Position numbers and translations under genes: made by a program. Positions 1 to 9,929 of a stretch of 32,000 nucleotides of DNA are shown piece by piece (position 1 is the first letter of the stretch; each line of letters begins with the position of its first letter). The notes beneath the pieces were generated by a model, which did not search any database, had not been told where the DNA came from, and was given only the letters and a program-made list of their open reading frames with translations. Origin of the DNA: Candidatus Nanosynbacter lyticus (GTDB lineage Bacteria; Patescibacteriota; Saccharimonadia; Saccharimonadales; Saccharimonadaceae); NCBI RefSeq assembly GCF_000803625.1, contig NZ_CP007496.1, positions 420,001 through 452,000 of the forward strand, in the 5' to 3' direction.

Positions 1-311
1 TGCGACACCTGTGTCTTCAAAGCTCGTTTGTTGTGCTCAATTTCCGCATACGACAGAAGACTCCGCTCCTCGGTGTCGCGCATATCGCCAATCATACCAG
101 TGCCGCCACCAACCAGCAGGAATACTTTGTGACCGCGCTCCAAAAAATGCCGCACCATCATGTAGACCGCCAAGTGCCCTACATGCAGACTATCCGCCGA
201 CGGATCTGTCCCCAAATAGAGCGTAAAATTCTCCGAATCGATAAGCCTGTCGTCCGTAAATGTGGTCTGATTCCAGAACCCGCGCCATTGTAGTTCTTCT
301 GATAGTTTCAT
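1..311 (-). CDS. tyrS: Tyrosyl-tRNA synthetase, N-terminal part (runs off window)
   Basis: Reverse complement from ATG at 311 reads MKLSEELQWRGFWNQTTFTDDRLIDSENFTLYLGTDPSADSLHVGHLAVYMMVRHFLERGHKVFLLVGGGTGMIGDMRDTEERSLL, with class I aaRS HxGH-type motif (HVGH) and TyrRS-like context; SD AAAGGAG upstream. Confidence 0.9.
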   Translation of the reverse strand, partial: MKLSEELQWRGFWNQTTFTDDRLIDSENFTLYLGTDPSADSLHVGHLAVYMMVRHFLERGHKVFLLVGGGTGMIGDMRDTEERSLLSYAEIEHNKRALKTQVS

Positions 312-332
312 AGCACTCCTTTTCTTTATATT

Positions 333-341
333 AGTATAGCA
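333..341 (-). promoter_or_regulatory. Extended -10 of tyrS (TGC-TATACT)
   Basis: TATACT at 338..333 preceded by TGC, 21 nt upstream of ATG with SD AAAGGAG between. Confidence 0.5.
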
Positions 342-350
342 ATTTTATAA

Positions 351-378
351 TTGAAGCGAAACATATGCGTGATATAAT
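351..378 (+). promoter_or_regulatory. Promoter of PBP gene: TTGAAG-16-TATAAT, extended -10
   Basis: TTGAAG 351-356, TGA+TATAAT 373-378; GTG start at 385, 6 nt after the hexamer. Confidence 0.7.
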
Positions 379-384
379 AGGACT

Positions 385-3051
385 GTGAAGAGGAAAACTA
401 CGATTAACACCGCCGGACACGGCTCAAGTAATAAGAAGTCTCCGTCAAAACGGATGAATTTATATGCTAATTTGGCGCAAAAACATCGAACAAAAAAGGA
501 CAAAGACGCACGTGAGCGGGCGGAATATTTGGCAACTTTACCAAAACACCCCGTCAAGCGATTCTTCTACCGCCTACACCCAAAACGCCTAGCTAAATAT
601 TGGTTTTCTAAACGTGGCGGACTGATGGCCTTGAAGATTCTTGGCGTTGGCACCCTATTGGTGCTACTACTTATCGGTGGTATGTTTGCTTATTTCCGTA
701 AAGATCTTGATAAAATCCGCCCCGGCGAACTGGCTAAACGTGTCCAAACTACCGTTACCAAATATTACGACCGTAATGATAATTTGCTCTGGGAAGATAA
801 AGGGACAGGAAACTATCAATTGGTCGTCGAAGCCGATCAGATTAGCGACTACTTAAAAAAGGCCACCGTCGCAATTGAGGACCGCGATTTCTATAAGCAT
901 CACGGCATCAGCATTAGCGGTATAATGCGAGCAATGCTTTCAACCGCTTCACGACGCCAAGTCCAAGGTGGCTCGACTCTGACACAGCAGCTTGTCAAGC
1001 AAGTCTTCTTCGCTGACGAAGCTGGCGACCGTTCAATTAGCGGCGTTCCTCGTAAGATTAAGGAAATCATTCTAGCAATTGAAGTTGAACGCATGTATAG
1101 CAAAGATCAAATCTTATCTCTGTATCTAAACGAATCTCCATACGGCGGTCGACGTAACGGTGCGGAGTCAGCTTCACAAACATACTTCGGTAAGCACGCC
1201 AAAGATTTGACACTGGCAGAGGCAGCGCTGATTGCCAGTATCCCACAAAATCCAACCTACTATAACCCATATAATACCGCTGGGCATAAAGCGCTAATTG
1301 CCCGCCAACACACAACTTTGGATTATATGGCCGAACAAGGTGTCATTTCTAAAGATGAAGCCGAAAAAGCTAAAAAAGTTGATATTCTAAGCACTATCAA
1401 ACCTCAGACAGAACAACTAGAAAACATTAAGGCGCCTCACTTCCTACTAATGGTTCGCAACCAGCTTAGTAAAGAGCTTGGCGAATCGGTCGTTGGACGT
1501 GGCGGACTAACAATTAAAACTACGCTAGATTGGCGTATTCAGGAAAAACTAGAGACAGAAATGAAGTCCTTCTTTGCTACTGGGCGACCAGATTCTGTCA
1601 GAATTAGTAACGGTGCGGCAACCGTTGAAGATGTACAAACTGGACAAATCGTCGCATTAGTTGGTAGTCGCGACTTTAATCATGCCGGCTACGGGCAAGA
1701 TAATGCAGCCACATCTTATATTCAGCCAGGTTCAACCATTAAGTCTCTCGTTTTTGCTCAGCTATTCGAGAAGCATGACAACAAACAGGGCTATGGCAGC
1801 GGCACAGTACTAAGCGACGACAACATCGACAGTCTTTACGGCGCAAAACTACGCAACTGGGACGGAAAATTTATGGGCGCTATAAACATCCGCAAAGCCC
1901 TCTCCTTCTCGCGAAATATTCCAGCGGTCAAGGCAGCTTACATTATCGGTAACGGCTCAGCCAAACCGGTCGTTGAAGGAATTCGCAAGATGGGAAATCA
2001 TAATTACTGTCGCCAAGAGGAAAATGCAGGCGGCTACGGACTTGGTGCATCAATTGGTGCCTGCGGTACCAAACAAACAGAGCTGGTCAATGCTTACGGT
2101 ACTCTGGCACGTATGGGCGTCCAGAAAAATAGTTCAAGCGTTATTGAAGTAAAAAATAGCCAAGGCGAGACATTGAAGAAATGGAAGGACGACGGCAAGC
2201 AAGTCCTCGACTCGCAGTCAGCTTATATCGTAAATGACATCTTGTCCGACAGGACCACCGGACTTCACGGCTGGATGGGCGTGAACGGCGTCCGAACTTC
2301 AGCCAAAACTGGTACGTCTGACAAAGGTTCTCAGCCAAAAGATTTATGGATTGTTAACTATAGTCCAGCTCTTGTCATGGGAATCTGGCTCGGTAACTCT
2401 GATACTAGCGTCATCGGCACATCATCATCAAACTTTGGCATGCCGGTGGTTAGAAATGTCATGTCATTTGCTCACACCCAAGTTTACGCTAAAGAAGGCA
2501 AGTGGAAATCTGGGCAATGGTACGAGCGTCCAAACGGCATCCAGAATGTTAATGGCGAACTTTACCCATCATGGTGGGACAAGAAACAAGGCCAATCTAC
2601 AGAGAAAATCACATTCGACAAGGTCTCTAAGAAGAAAGCTACCAGCTGTACTCCAGATGGCGCTAAAGAAGAAATTGAGGTAACTAAGGTTATCGATCCG
2701 CTAACAAAGAAAGAGTCTCTCAGTGTGCCTTCAGGATATGATGCCAATGCAGAGGACGACGTCCACAAGTGTGACGATGCTAAGCCTCAAATTGGAGCAG
2801 TGTCTGTCACTGGCAGCGGCAAAAACTATACCATAAACGTTGACGTCTCAGCGGGAACTTGGGGGCTGGCCGCAATAGAAATTAGCGTTGACGGCAAGAG
2901 TGTTAAGAGCGCAGAAATCAGCTCCGGCGGTAAACAGTCTGCGACAGTAGAGATTGAGACAGCAGGAACGCACACCGTTTCTGTGACGGTTCGGGATTCA
3001 GCATACTACACCGCAACTTCAAGCAGCAGCTTCAAGTCAAAAGACAGCTAG
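385..3051 (+). CDS. Class A penicillin-binding protein (transglycosylase/transpeptidase) with C-terminal Ig/Big-like domain
   Basis: TM helix; GT51 motifs EDRDFYKHHGIS, GGSTLTQQLVKQ; transpeptidase motifs (STIK, SRN, KTGTS); GTG start. Confidence 0.95.
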   Translation: MKRKTTINTAGHGSSNKKSPSKRMNLYANLAQKHRTKKDKDARERAEYLATLPKHPVKRFFYRLHPKRLAKYWFSKRGGLMALKILGVGTLLVLLLIGGMFAYFRKDLDKIRPGELAKRVQTTVTKYYDRNDNLLWEDKGTGNYQLVVEADQISDYLKKATVAIEDRDFYKHHGISISGIMRAMLSTASRRQVQGGSTLTQQLVKQVFFADEAGDRSISGVPRKIKEIILAIEVERMYSKDQILSLYLNESPYGGRRNGAESASQTYFGKHAKDLTLAEAALIASIPQNPTYYNPYNTAGHKALIARQHTTLDYMAEQGVISKDEAEKAKKVDILSTIKPQTEQLENIKAPHFLLMVRNQLSKELGESVVGRGGLTIKTTLDWRIQEKLETEMKSFFATGRPDSVRISNGAATVEDVQTGQIVALVGSRDFNHAGYGQDNAATSYIQPGSTIKSLVFAQLFEKHDNKQGYGSGTVLSDDNIDSLYGAKLRNWDGKFMGAINIRKALSFSRNIPAVKAAYIIGNGSAKPVVEGIRKMGNHNYCRQEENAGGYGLGASIGACGTKQTELVNAYGTLARMGVQKNSSSVIEVKNSQGETLKKWKDDGKQVLDSQSAYIVNDILSDRTTGLHGWMGVNGVRTSAKTGTSDKGSQPKDLWIVNYSPALVMGIWLGNSDTSVIGTSSSNFGMPVVRNVMSFAHTQVYAKEGKWKSGQWYERPNGIQNVNGELYPSWWDKKQGQSTEKITFDKVSKKKATSCTPDGAKEEIEVTKVIDPLTKKESLSVPSGYDANAEDDVHKCDDAKPQIGAVSVTGSGKNYTINVDVSAGTWGLAAIEISVDGKSVKSAEISSGGKQSATVEIETAGTHTVSVTVRDSAYYTATSSSSFKSKDS

Positions 3052-3055
3052 ACGC

Positions 3056-3862
3056 TTACTGCTTATTAACTAAATTAATCAGCTCAGCCTCGTGCTGGGC
3101 TGATGTTTTTGAACGACCATTTGTGCGCTTTTTAGGTACACTGGACTTTTGCTTTGCAGGTTTCTTTGGTTCGACAGTAAGCTTAGCAAACATCATTTTG
3201 CCAGCATCAGTCTGTAAGCTTCGGATAATCTCAATCTTCTTCGTCTGACCAATGTATCGCTTAGCGTTCTCAACCACCACCATCGTGCCATCCTTAAGAT
3301 AGCCGACCGCCTGATGAGTATCTTGACCCTTTTGTGACAACTCCAAATCCAATTCATCACCAGGTAGGTAGCTCATCCTCAGACTCTTTGCCAGCTCATT
3401 GATATTAAGTACCTTAACTCCGTCAACTTGCGCCACCTTATTTAGGTTATAATCAAGCGTTAGCACTGCCGCATCCATTTCCTTGGCTAATTTCAGCAGT
3501 CGAGAATCAACACCCTCTGGTACACGCTCATTATCGTCATACAGCTCAAATGACGATTTCAGTATATCTTTAAGCTCTTTCACAACATCCATACCAAACC
3601 GCGCCCTTTCCCGTTTATCGTGGTCTGCGCCATCGGCCAATAATTGCAACTCAGACAACACACTCCTCGGAACAATCACCTTACCGAGCAAGAATCCTGT
3701 CTTTGCCAACTCAATTACTCGCCCGTCCATCAATACTGACGTATCCACCAACATTGAAGTCTCGCCGGCATGAGAATTGCGCCGCGGTTTTGCCAAAAAA
3801 TAAATCTCAGCAGCTAGTCCAAGCAACATTATAATTATTATTAAACTGTAAAAATCTTTCAT
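3056..3862 (-). CDS. Membrane-anchored PIN/TRAM domain protein, YacL-like
   Basis: N-terminal TM, PIN-domain start MLVDTSVLMDGR, C-terminal TRAM-like GQDTHQAVGYLKDGTMVVVENAKRYIGQ. ORF opens at 3892, but the ATG at 3862 has SD AGAGGAAA. Confidence 0.8.
   Translation of the reverse strand: MKDFYSLIIIIMLLGLAAEIYFLAKPRRNSHAGETSMLVDTSVLMDGRVIELAKTGFLLGKVIVPRSVLSELQLLADGADHDKRERARFGMDVVKELKDILKSSFELYDDNERVPEGVDSRLLKLAKEMDAAVLTLDYNLNKVAQVDGVKVLNINELAKSLRMSYLPGDELDLELSQKGQDTHQAVGYLKDGTMVVVENAKRYIGQTKKIEIIRSLQTDAGKMMFAKLTVEPKKPAKQKSSVPKKRTNGRSKTSAQHEAELINLVNKQ
3078..3110 (+). terminator. Rho-independent terminator for the PBP gene, inside the 3' end of the opposite-strand gene
   Basis: ATCAGCTCAGC-CTCGT-GCTGGGCTGAT (11-bp stem with one G.U) followed by GTTTTT. 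Confidence 0.75.
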
Positions 3863-3875
3863 TTTTTCCTCTTTC

Positions 3876-5225
3876 TTACTGTAAATAGTCAATCAACGCC
3901 TGTCGCATATCACTGACGCCTTTTATAAATTTATCTTTATGAACTTTTGGAGCAATCGCGTAAGTGAAACCTAACTTCTTTGCTTCCTTGATTCGAGCCT
4001 GCCAATTGATCGCTGAGCGAACTTCGCCGCCCAAACCAATTTCGCCAAACACCACAGCCCCCTCATCTAAACTCCGACCAGCGCTAGCGCTAGCAATTGC
4101 CATGGCTACTGCCAAATCCGCCGCTGGATCGTTCAATTTTAATCCACCGACTACATTGACATAAATATCCTTATCTGCCAATTTCAATTTTGTACGCTTC
4201 TCCAAGACCGCCACCAGCAAATTCAGCCGATTCAAATCAAAGCCGCTTGCCGTGCGCTTAGGATATCCAAAATTTGTCGGATTCACCAGCGCTTGGATTT
4301 CAACTAACAGCGGCCTTGCACCCTCCATAGTCGCCAGCACAATTGAGCCATCCAAATTCCGCCGCTCCGCTAAAAGCTCTGCCGACGGATTCTTAACAAT
4401 TCTTAGACCCTGATCGTCCATCTCGAAAATTGCAGCCTCGTTAGTCGAACCATAGCGATTTTTCTGCGCCCTAACAACTCGAAAACCACCATAACGATCC
4501 CCTTCAAAATTCAGCACAACATCCACCAGATGCTCTAATATCTTTGGCCCAGCAATCGAACCTTCCTTAGTAACATGCCCTACCAAAATCACTGCCGTAC
4601 CCGAAGATTTGGCGGCACGAATGATGACATTGGAAGAGTTGGTAATTTGGCTAACCGAACCTGGCGCTGAAGAAATTTCACTCAAGGAAATAGTCTGCAC
4701 CGAATCAACAATCACCAAATCATATCCGCCCTGCTGAATTGACGCAGCAATATCCTCGGCACTATTACTAGACGCTAGCTGTAACTTTTCCGAATCAGCC
4801 GCACCCAAACGTTCTGCTCGTAATTTGACCTGTGAAATCGACTCCTCGCCACTAACATATAAAACAGATTTTGAGCCAGCAATATACGCTGCAACCTGCG
4901 CTAGCAGAGTACTTTTTCCAATTCCCGGCTGACCCGCCACCAAAACCACGCCACCAGCCAAAAAGCCACCGCCTAAAACCACATCCAGGTCATCAATTCC
5001 CGTGCTTAATCTTTCTAGGCTAGATTCAGCCACGGCTTCACGAACGCTAGCAGTTTTTAAAGCTTTGCCGCGACCAGCCGATTTATCGACAGCAGACGAA
5101 CCTCCTGAAGAAATAACCTGCTCAACCAACGAATTCCACTCCCCACAATTTTCACACTTACCTGCCCATTTTGAAAAACTAGCACCACACTGCTGACAGA
5201 TAAATTGACTTCGAGATTTTGCCAT
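3876..5225 (-). CDS. radA: DNA repair protein RadA
   Basis: CQQCGASFSKWAGKCENCGEWNS zinc finger, Walker A GQPGIGKST, KNRYG motif, Lon-like C-terminal domain. Confidence 0.95.
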   Translation of the reverse strand: MAKSRSQFICQQCGASFSKWAGKCENCGEWNSLVEQVISSGGSSAVDKSAGRGKALKTASVREAVAESSLERLSTGIDDLDVVLGGGFLAGGVVLVAGQPGIGKSTLLAQVAAYIAGSKSVLYVSGEESISQVKLRAERLGAADSEKLQLASSNSAEDIAASIQQGGYDLVIVDSVQTISLSEISSAPGSVSQITNSSNVIIRAAKSSGTAVILVGHVTKEGSIAGPKILEHLVDVVLNFEGDRYGGFRVVRAQKNRYGSTNEAAIFEMDDQGLRIVKNPSAELLAERRNLDGSIVLATMEGARPLLVEIQALVNPTNFGYPKRTASGFDLNRLNLLVAVLEKRTKLKLADKDIYVNVVGGLKLNDPAADLAVAMAIASASAGRSLDEGAVVFGEIGLGGEVRSAINWQARIKEAKKLGFTYAIAPKVHKDKFIKGVSDMRQALIDYLQ

Positions 5226-6205
5226 TACTTCGCCCCCTCCACGCTATCCAAGCTCTTATTTAACTCGTCAATTTTCACACCCAATTCCCTAAGCCTAAGG
5301 ACACCAGAATTATAAGAATTAATCTCAGAATTTAGGTTATTACGCCTACTATTCAACTCAGAAAGCTCCGCCTGTAAAGCACGGCGCTGCCTTGAAAAGT
5401 CATCTTGCGAGGAAAAATCACCGCTATTTGCTCGTCTGTTAAATCCAGCCACACGCCGATTATAATCAGCTATGTCGGCTGAATATTGCGACAAGTCTTG
5501 ATCTATTTTTTGCTTACGCGACTGTAATGACTTACTTAGCTCCTGTGCCTCATTTTCTCGTGACTCAAACTTTTCTCGGTACTGAGAGTGCAGCCGCAAA
5601 ACTTCCGACCGGTCAGTGAAATACCGACGATAATACTCCTCCAATTCCTCGCCCAAATTCGCAAACTCCGTCCCTAAAATTGAATGAAGCTCATTTGCGC
5701 GTGTGCCCGGCTGGGCTCGGTCATAATACTTCATCCTCTCAGCCAGCTTGTCGGTCTTTACGTTATCATAAGCGTGCTCAAGCAGCGTCGACAAGCGCTT
5801 CCTCTCAGAAGAGCTCAGCCTTTTCCATGCCGCGTGTAGCATCTCATGTGCCGCCGTCACCTCTTTTACGCCGTCTAATTCTGCATTAGTCACGTCATAG
5901 ATGTAGATTTCACCAGCAGCCTGATTATAGCATCCTAAAATAGCGTTTCCCTGCTCTACACGCCGACAATCTTTGTTAAACTCACCAGCCGACTGTATCT
6001 GCGGTTTAGAAACATAAAACATTTTCTTGCCAAAATCTGACATCTTGACACGATTGGCGATTTCAGCAACCTGACTACTTGGCTGATATTGCCACAAGGT
6101 AATTTCATCGATAATTGACTGTCGATTCAGCACCAATAAAGCCATTCCAAACACAAACGTAATTGAAATAAAAAATCCAATTAACTTACGCATGCTTGAC
6201 ATCAA
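5225..6205 (-). CDS. Hypothetical membrane-anchored protein with HExxH motif and long coiled coil
   Basis: N-terminal TM; AAHEMLHAAW (HExxH); predicted coiled coil after about residue 180. Start uncertain (TTG 6205 or ATG inside the clpC 3' end). Confidence 0.7.
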   Translation of the reverse strand: MMSSMRKLIGFFISITFVFGMALLVLNRQSIIDEITLWQYQPSSQVAEIANRVKMSDFGKKMFYVSKPQIQSAGEFNKDCRRVEQGNAILGCYNQAAGEIYIYDVTNAELDGVKEVTAAHEMLHAAWKRLSSSERKRLSTLLEHAYDNVKTDKLAERMKYYDRAQPGTRANELHSILGTEFANLGEELEEYYRRYFTDRSEVLRLHSQYREKFESRENEAQELSKSLQSRKQKIDQDLSQYSADIADYNRRVAGFNRRANSGDFSSQDDFSRQRRALQAELSELNSRRNNLNSEINSYNSGVLRLRELGVKIDELNKSLDSVEGAK

Positions 6206-8642
6206 TCATCACCTTATTTTTATCAATTTTAGCCTGCAGAATATCGCCAGGCTTTGCTTTATTTGACAACAGAACATCACTGAGCGGATCCGCCAGCTCC
6301 GACTGAATAGTACGCCTGAGAACTCGCACGCCGCGCTGCTCATCAAAACCCCGGTCAATCAGCCAACGCTTGGTGGATGGAGTAATATCAAGCGTCATTT
6401 CGTGCCGCTCAACTGCCTTGATTAGGTCAATTGTAAGATTGTCAAAAATCTTTCGCACCACCGACCTAGCCAGCGGCTTAAACGTAATCACCCCGTCAAA
6501 CCTACCGATTAGTTCTGGCCTCAAGAAACTCTCCAACTCGCGTAAAGCTGCCCGTGAATTGCGATTATGCCGATCCGTATGGGAAGTTTTTTTCTGCCCA
6601 GACGAGGCAAAGCCCAACTCTGAATCCTGGACCATCTGCTCGGCGCCAACGTTACTGGTCAAAATGATAATCGCCTGTCGGAAACTAATCGTCCGACCAT
6701 GAGAATCACTCAATTTGCCATCTTCTAAAATCTGCAATAGCAAGTTCAATACGTCAGGATGCGCCTTTTCAATCTCATCAAACAAAACCACGCTATATGG
6801 CTGACGCCGCACCTTGTCAGTCAATTTGCCGCCATCATCATAACCGACATAGCCAGCTGGCGCACCAATCAGCCGACTAGCTGTGTGCCGCTCTGAAAAC
6901 TCACTCATGTCAATCTTAATCAAATTATCATCACCGCCAAAAACCTCCCGCGCCAATACTCGTGCCAGCTCAGTCTTTCCCACGCCAGTCGGCCCGAGGA
7001 AAATAAATGACCCTAACGGCCCACTTTGGCGACTCAGGCCAGCTTTATTGCGCCGAATTGCCCGGGCTAATTGCTCAATTGCTTCATCTTGACCAAGCAC
7101 ACTTCGACTCAAGCGCTTCTCTAATTGGATTAAATCCCTCATTTGAGTCAGCGATAATCTATCAATCGGAATATTCGTCATCGCTGAAACTGCACTTCGT
7201 AAATATTCCTCGGTTAACATAGGTTTGCTATCGACTTCGTTTCTCAGTTTATCAGACTGCAATTCCAGCTGTCGCATTTGCACCTTAAATTCCGCGGCTT
7301 GTTGATAATTTTCAGCCTCAACAGCAGCATCAATCCTACCAGCTAGTCGTTTGATTTGACGTGATAATTTATCCTTGCGAGACAATTTTCTTGGCGAATT
7401 TGATTTCAATAGACTAGACGCCTCGTCAATCACATCAATCGCTTTATCCGGCAAAAACCGCTCCGTCACATATCGTTGACTTAAATCGACAGCTTCAATA
7501 AGCATTTCGTCAGGAATCTGGACTTGATGATGTTTTGCAAGATTATCTCTCAAGCCTCGCATCATCTCCACCGCCTCTTCTGGAGATGGCTCTGCCACTG
7601 TTACTGCCTGGAAACGCCGACTCAAAGCAGCATCTTTCTCAACATGCTTGCGATATTCATCAAACGTCGTCGCGCCAATTAGCCGCACTTCGCCGCGCGC
7701 CAATGCTGGCTTTAATACGTTAGCTGCGTCCATCGAACCTTCCGCCGATCCAGCGCCCACCAGCAAGTGCAACTCGTCGATGAACAAAATGACTTCCTGA
7801 TGCTTCTTAGCAACTGCCAAAACTTTTTGTAGTCGCTCCTCGAATTGACCGCGATATTTTGTCCCGGCAATCATCGCCGTCAAGTCCAGTTGAAAAAGCC
7901 GCTTGCCTTTCAAAAACTCCGGCACTTTATTATCGGCAATTTTTTGCGCCAAGCCTTCAACTACCGCAGTTTTACCGACACCCGGCTCGCCGATTAGCGC
8001 CGGATTATTCTTACTGCGGCGCCCCAGTATGGTAATCATCCGCTGAATCTCCGCCGCCCGGCCAATCACTGGATCTAAAAATCCCTCGCTGGCCCGCCGC
8101 GTCAAATCCACGCCAAATTTGTCCAGAATCTTCAAATCGGCAGATTTCTTAGTTGTTGTAGTCTGATCATTCTGCAGCGACTCAAATTGCTGTTTGTCAA
8201 ACACATCTTCCAGATTTCCACGCAGCTGCTCAATATCGATATTCATATCACGCAGTAGCTTAGTTGCCCGCGCCTCACGCTGCAACAGCATACCATACAC
8301 AATATGTTCCGTACCAATTCGTTCCTGCCCAAACTCAACCGCCAATTGCCATGACGTACGAATCAGCTCAGCCACTTCAGCACTTAAGCCCTTTTTTACG
8401 ACCGTAACCACCAAAGGCTTAGCCGTCAGATTAAGTACCATTTCCGCCCTATCTAACGTCACGCCATTTTCCGCTAAAATCTTAGCTCCAAGCGACGAAT
8501 TCTGTGCCAATACACCAAGCAAAATATGCTCCGTGCCGACATAATCGCGGCCTTCATTATGCGCCAGAAAACCCGCTCGCTCCAAACTGGCGCGAGCTGT
8601 TTCCGTTAAACGAGGTTCTAGCTCAGAAAAATCCTCTGACAT
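6186..8642 (-). CDS. clpC: ATP-dependent Clp protease ATP-binding subunit ClpC
   Basis: Clp_N repeats, UVR-like segment, two AAA modules (GEPGVGKT; [15 protein letters not shown]); SD AAAGGAGG. Confidence 0.95.
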   Translation of the reverse strand: MSEDFSELEPRLTETARASLERAGFLAHNEGRDYVGTEHILLGVLAQNSSLGAKILAENGVTLDRAEMVLNLTAKPLVVTVVKKGLSAEVAELIRTSWQLAVEFGQERIGTEHIVYGMLLQREARATKLLRDMNIDIEQLRGNLEDVFDKQQFESLQNDQTTTTKKSADLKILDKFGVDLTRRASEGFLDPVIGRAAEIQRMITILGRRSKNNPALIGEPGVGKTAVVEGLAQKIADNKVPEFLKGKRLFQLDLTAMIAGTKYRGQFEERLQKVLAVAKKHQEVILFIDELHLLVGAGSAEGSMDAANVLKPALARGEVRLIGATTFDEYRKHVEKDAALSRRFQAVTVAEPSPEEAVEMMRGLRDNLAKHHQVQIPDEMLIEAVDLSQRYVTERFLPDKAIDVIDEASSLLKSNSPRKLSRKDKLSRQIKRLAGRIDAAVEAENYQQAAEFKVQMRQLELQSDKLRNEVDSKPMLTEEYLRSAVSAMTNIPIDRLSLTQMRDLIQLEKRLSRSVLGQDEAIEQLARAIRRNKAGLSRQSGPLGSFIFLGPTGVGKTELARVLAREVFGGDDNLIKIDMSEFSERHTASRLIGAPAGYVGYDDGGKLTDKVRRQPYSVVLFDEIEKAHPDVLNLLLQILEDGKLSDSHGRTISFRQAIIILTSNVGAEQMVQDSELGFASSGQKKTSHTDRHNRNSRAALRELESFLRPELIGRFDGVITFKPLARSVVRKIFDNLTIDLIKAVERHEMTLDITPSTKRWLIDRGFDEQRGVRVLRRTIQSELADPLSDVLLSNKAKPGDILQAKIDKNKVMIDVKHA

Positions 8643-8682
8643 ATGCCCCTCCTTTCGTTTTTAATGGCCAATCGAGAGCGGC

Positions 8683-9804
8683 TTATTCCGCCACCTCCTC
8701 AACCACGCTCATTAAGCTATCCTCGATATTCTTGCGAGGTTTTGGCTCCGACTTAACAGCGGTTTTCGCTTCAATGTCAAGTTCATATCCTGTCAATCGA
8801 CTTGCCAAGCGAACATTTTGTCCAGCTCGACCGATTGCGATTGATTGCTGGTCCTCGCTAACATAAACCGTTGCTCGCTTTTCTTCTTCATTTACAGTTA
8901 CGCTGATTACCTCTGCTGGACTCATGGCATTAGCAATAAAGCCGGCCACATCTTCCTCAAATGGAATAATGTCAATCTTCTCTTGCTCGCCAATTTCATT
9001 CATCACAGCCTGAACACGAGCACCATGACCACCAACAAACGTACCAACTGGGTCAACACCTGGCAGCGCAGAAGCTACTGCCAACTTGGTGCGGCGACCA
9101 GCTTCGCGGGCAATTGCCTTAATCTCAACTGCACCAGTCTCCATCTCTGGCACTTCTTGATTGAACAGGAAGCGTACAAACTCTTCATTGCCACGGCTAA
9201 GGATTAACTGTGGGCCACGACCTTCGCGCTCAATATCCTTAATATAAACCTTAATGCGACGACCAACGCCATAATATTCGCCAGGTATTTGCTCACTCTG
9301 AGGCATAATACCGACGGCTTTACCCAACTCAATTCGTACCACACGTGGCTCGACTCGTTGAACCGTACCGATAACGACCGTACCAATTTTATCTTCAAAC
9401 TCAGCCAGTACTACCTCACGCTCAGCTTCACGCAAACGCTGCAAAATAACCTGCTTAGCAGTCTGAGCCGCCACACGACCAAATGTCGTCACATTGTGAG
9501 TCTCTACCGTTACTTCACCATCAATCTCAGCCGCAGCATCCAGCTTCTTAGCGTCTTCCAGGCTAATTTGGTTGATATCATTCTCGACATCTTCGACCAC
9601 AGTTTTAACCACCGAAACCACAGCTGCGCCACTATTGATATTTAAGTTAGCCCGCACCAACTGCTCGCGCGTACCGTTATCGCGACGCCAAGCTGCCGCA
9701 ATCGCCTGCTCAATCACACTTAAGACTGTTTCTTCTGGTAAGTTTTTTTCCTCAGCAATCGTCCGCACTGCTAGCGTCAGTTGCTTGATATTCAAATCTT
9801 CCAT
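8683..9804 (-). CDS. nusA: Transcription termination/antitermination factor NusA
   Basis: NusA N-terminal domain, S1 and KH domains (GGHGARVQAVMNEIGEQEKIDIIPF; AIGRAGQNVRLASRLTGYELDI); SD AAGGAG. Confidence 0.93.
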   Translation of the reverse strand: MEDLNIKQLTLAVRTIAEEKNLPEETVLSVIEQAIAAAWRRDNGTREQLVRANLNINSGAAVVSVVKTVVEDVENDINQISLEDAKKLDAAAEIDGEVTVETHNVTTFGRVAAQTAKQVILQRLREAEREVVLAEFEDKIGTVVIGTVQRVEPRVVRIELGKAVGIMPQSEQIPGEYYGVGRRIKVYIKDIEREGRGPQLILSRGNEEFVRFLFNQEVPEMETGAVEIKAIAREAGRRTKLAVASALPGVDPVGTFVGGHGARVQAVMNEIGEQEKIDIIPFEEDVAGFIANAMSPAEVISVTVNEEEKRATVYVSEDQQSIAIGRAGQNVRLASRLTGYELDIEAKTAVKSEPKPRKNIEDSLMSVVEEVAE

Positions 9805-9828
9805 TTTTTACTCTCCTTCTTTTATATA

Positions 9829-9834
9829 ATTATA
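9829..9834 (-). promoter_or_regulatory. Second possible -10 (TATAAT) close to nusA
   Basis: TATAAT at 9834..9829, 24 nt upstream of ATG with SD between; no clear -35. Confidence 0.35.
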
Positions 9835-9863
9835 TCCTTTTCCGCTTCAAACTTCCATAAACG

Positions 9864-9887
9864 AAAAACTCCGACCTGCCGGCCGGA
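9864..9887 (-). terminator. Intrinsic terminator or attenuator between GNAT stop and nusA
   Basis: Minus strand TCCGGC-CGGCAG-GTCGGA then G-TTTTT; lies downstream of the nusA-proximal promoter. Confidence 0.5.
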
Positions 9888-9900
9888 TTAGTACTTTCTC

Positions 9901-9929
9901 ATTGTATTAAAAATTTTTAATTTTGTCAA
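9901..9929 (-). promoter_or_regulatory. nusA operon promoter TTGACA-17-TACAAT
   Basis: TTGACA 9929..9924, 17-nt spacer, TACAAT 9906..9901. Confidence 0.7.

Noticed and set aside
345-557. 70-aa minus-strand hydrophobic ORF over the start of the PBP gene
   Set aside because: Antisense to the conserved PBP N-terminus and overlaps the tyrS/PBP promoter region.
8504-8866. 120-aa plus-strand ORF spanning the clpC/nusA boundary
   Set aside because: Antisense to both conserved genes and no initiation signals.
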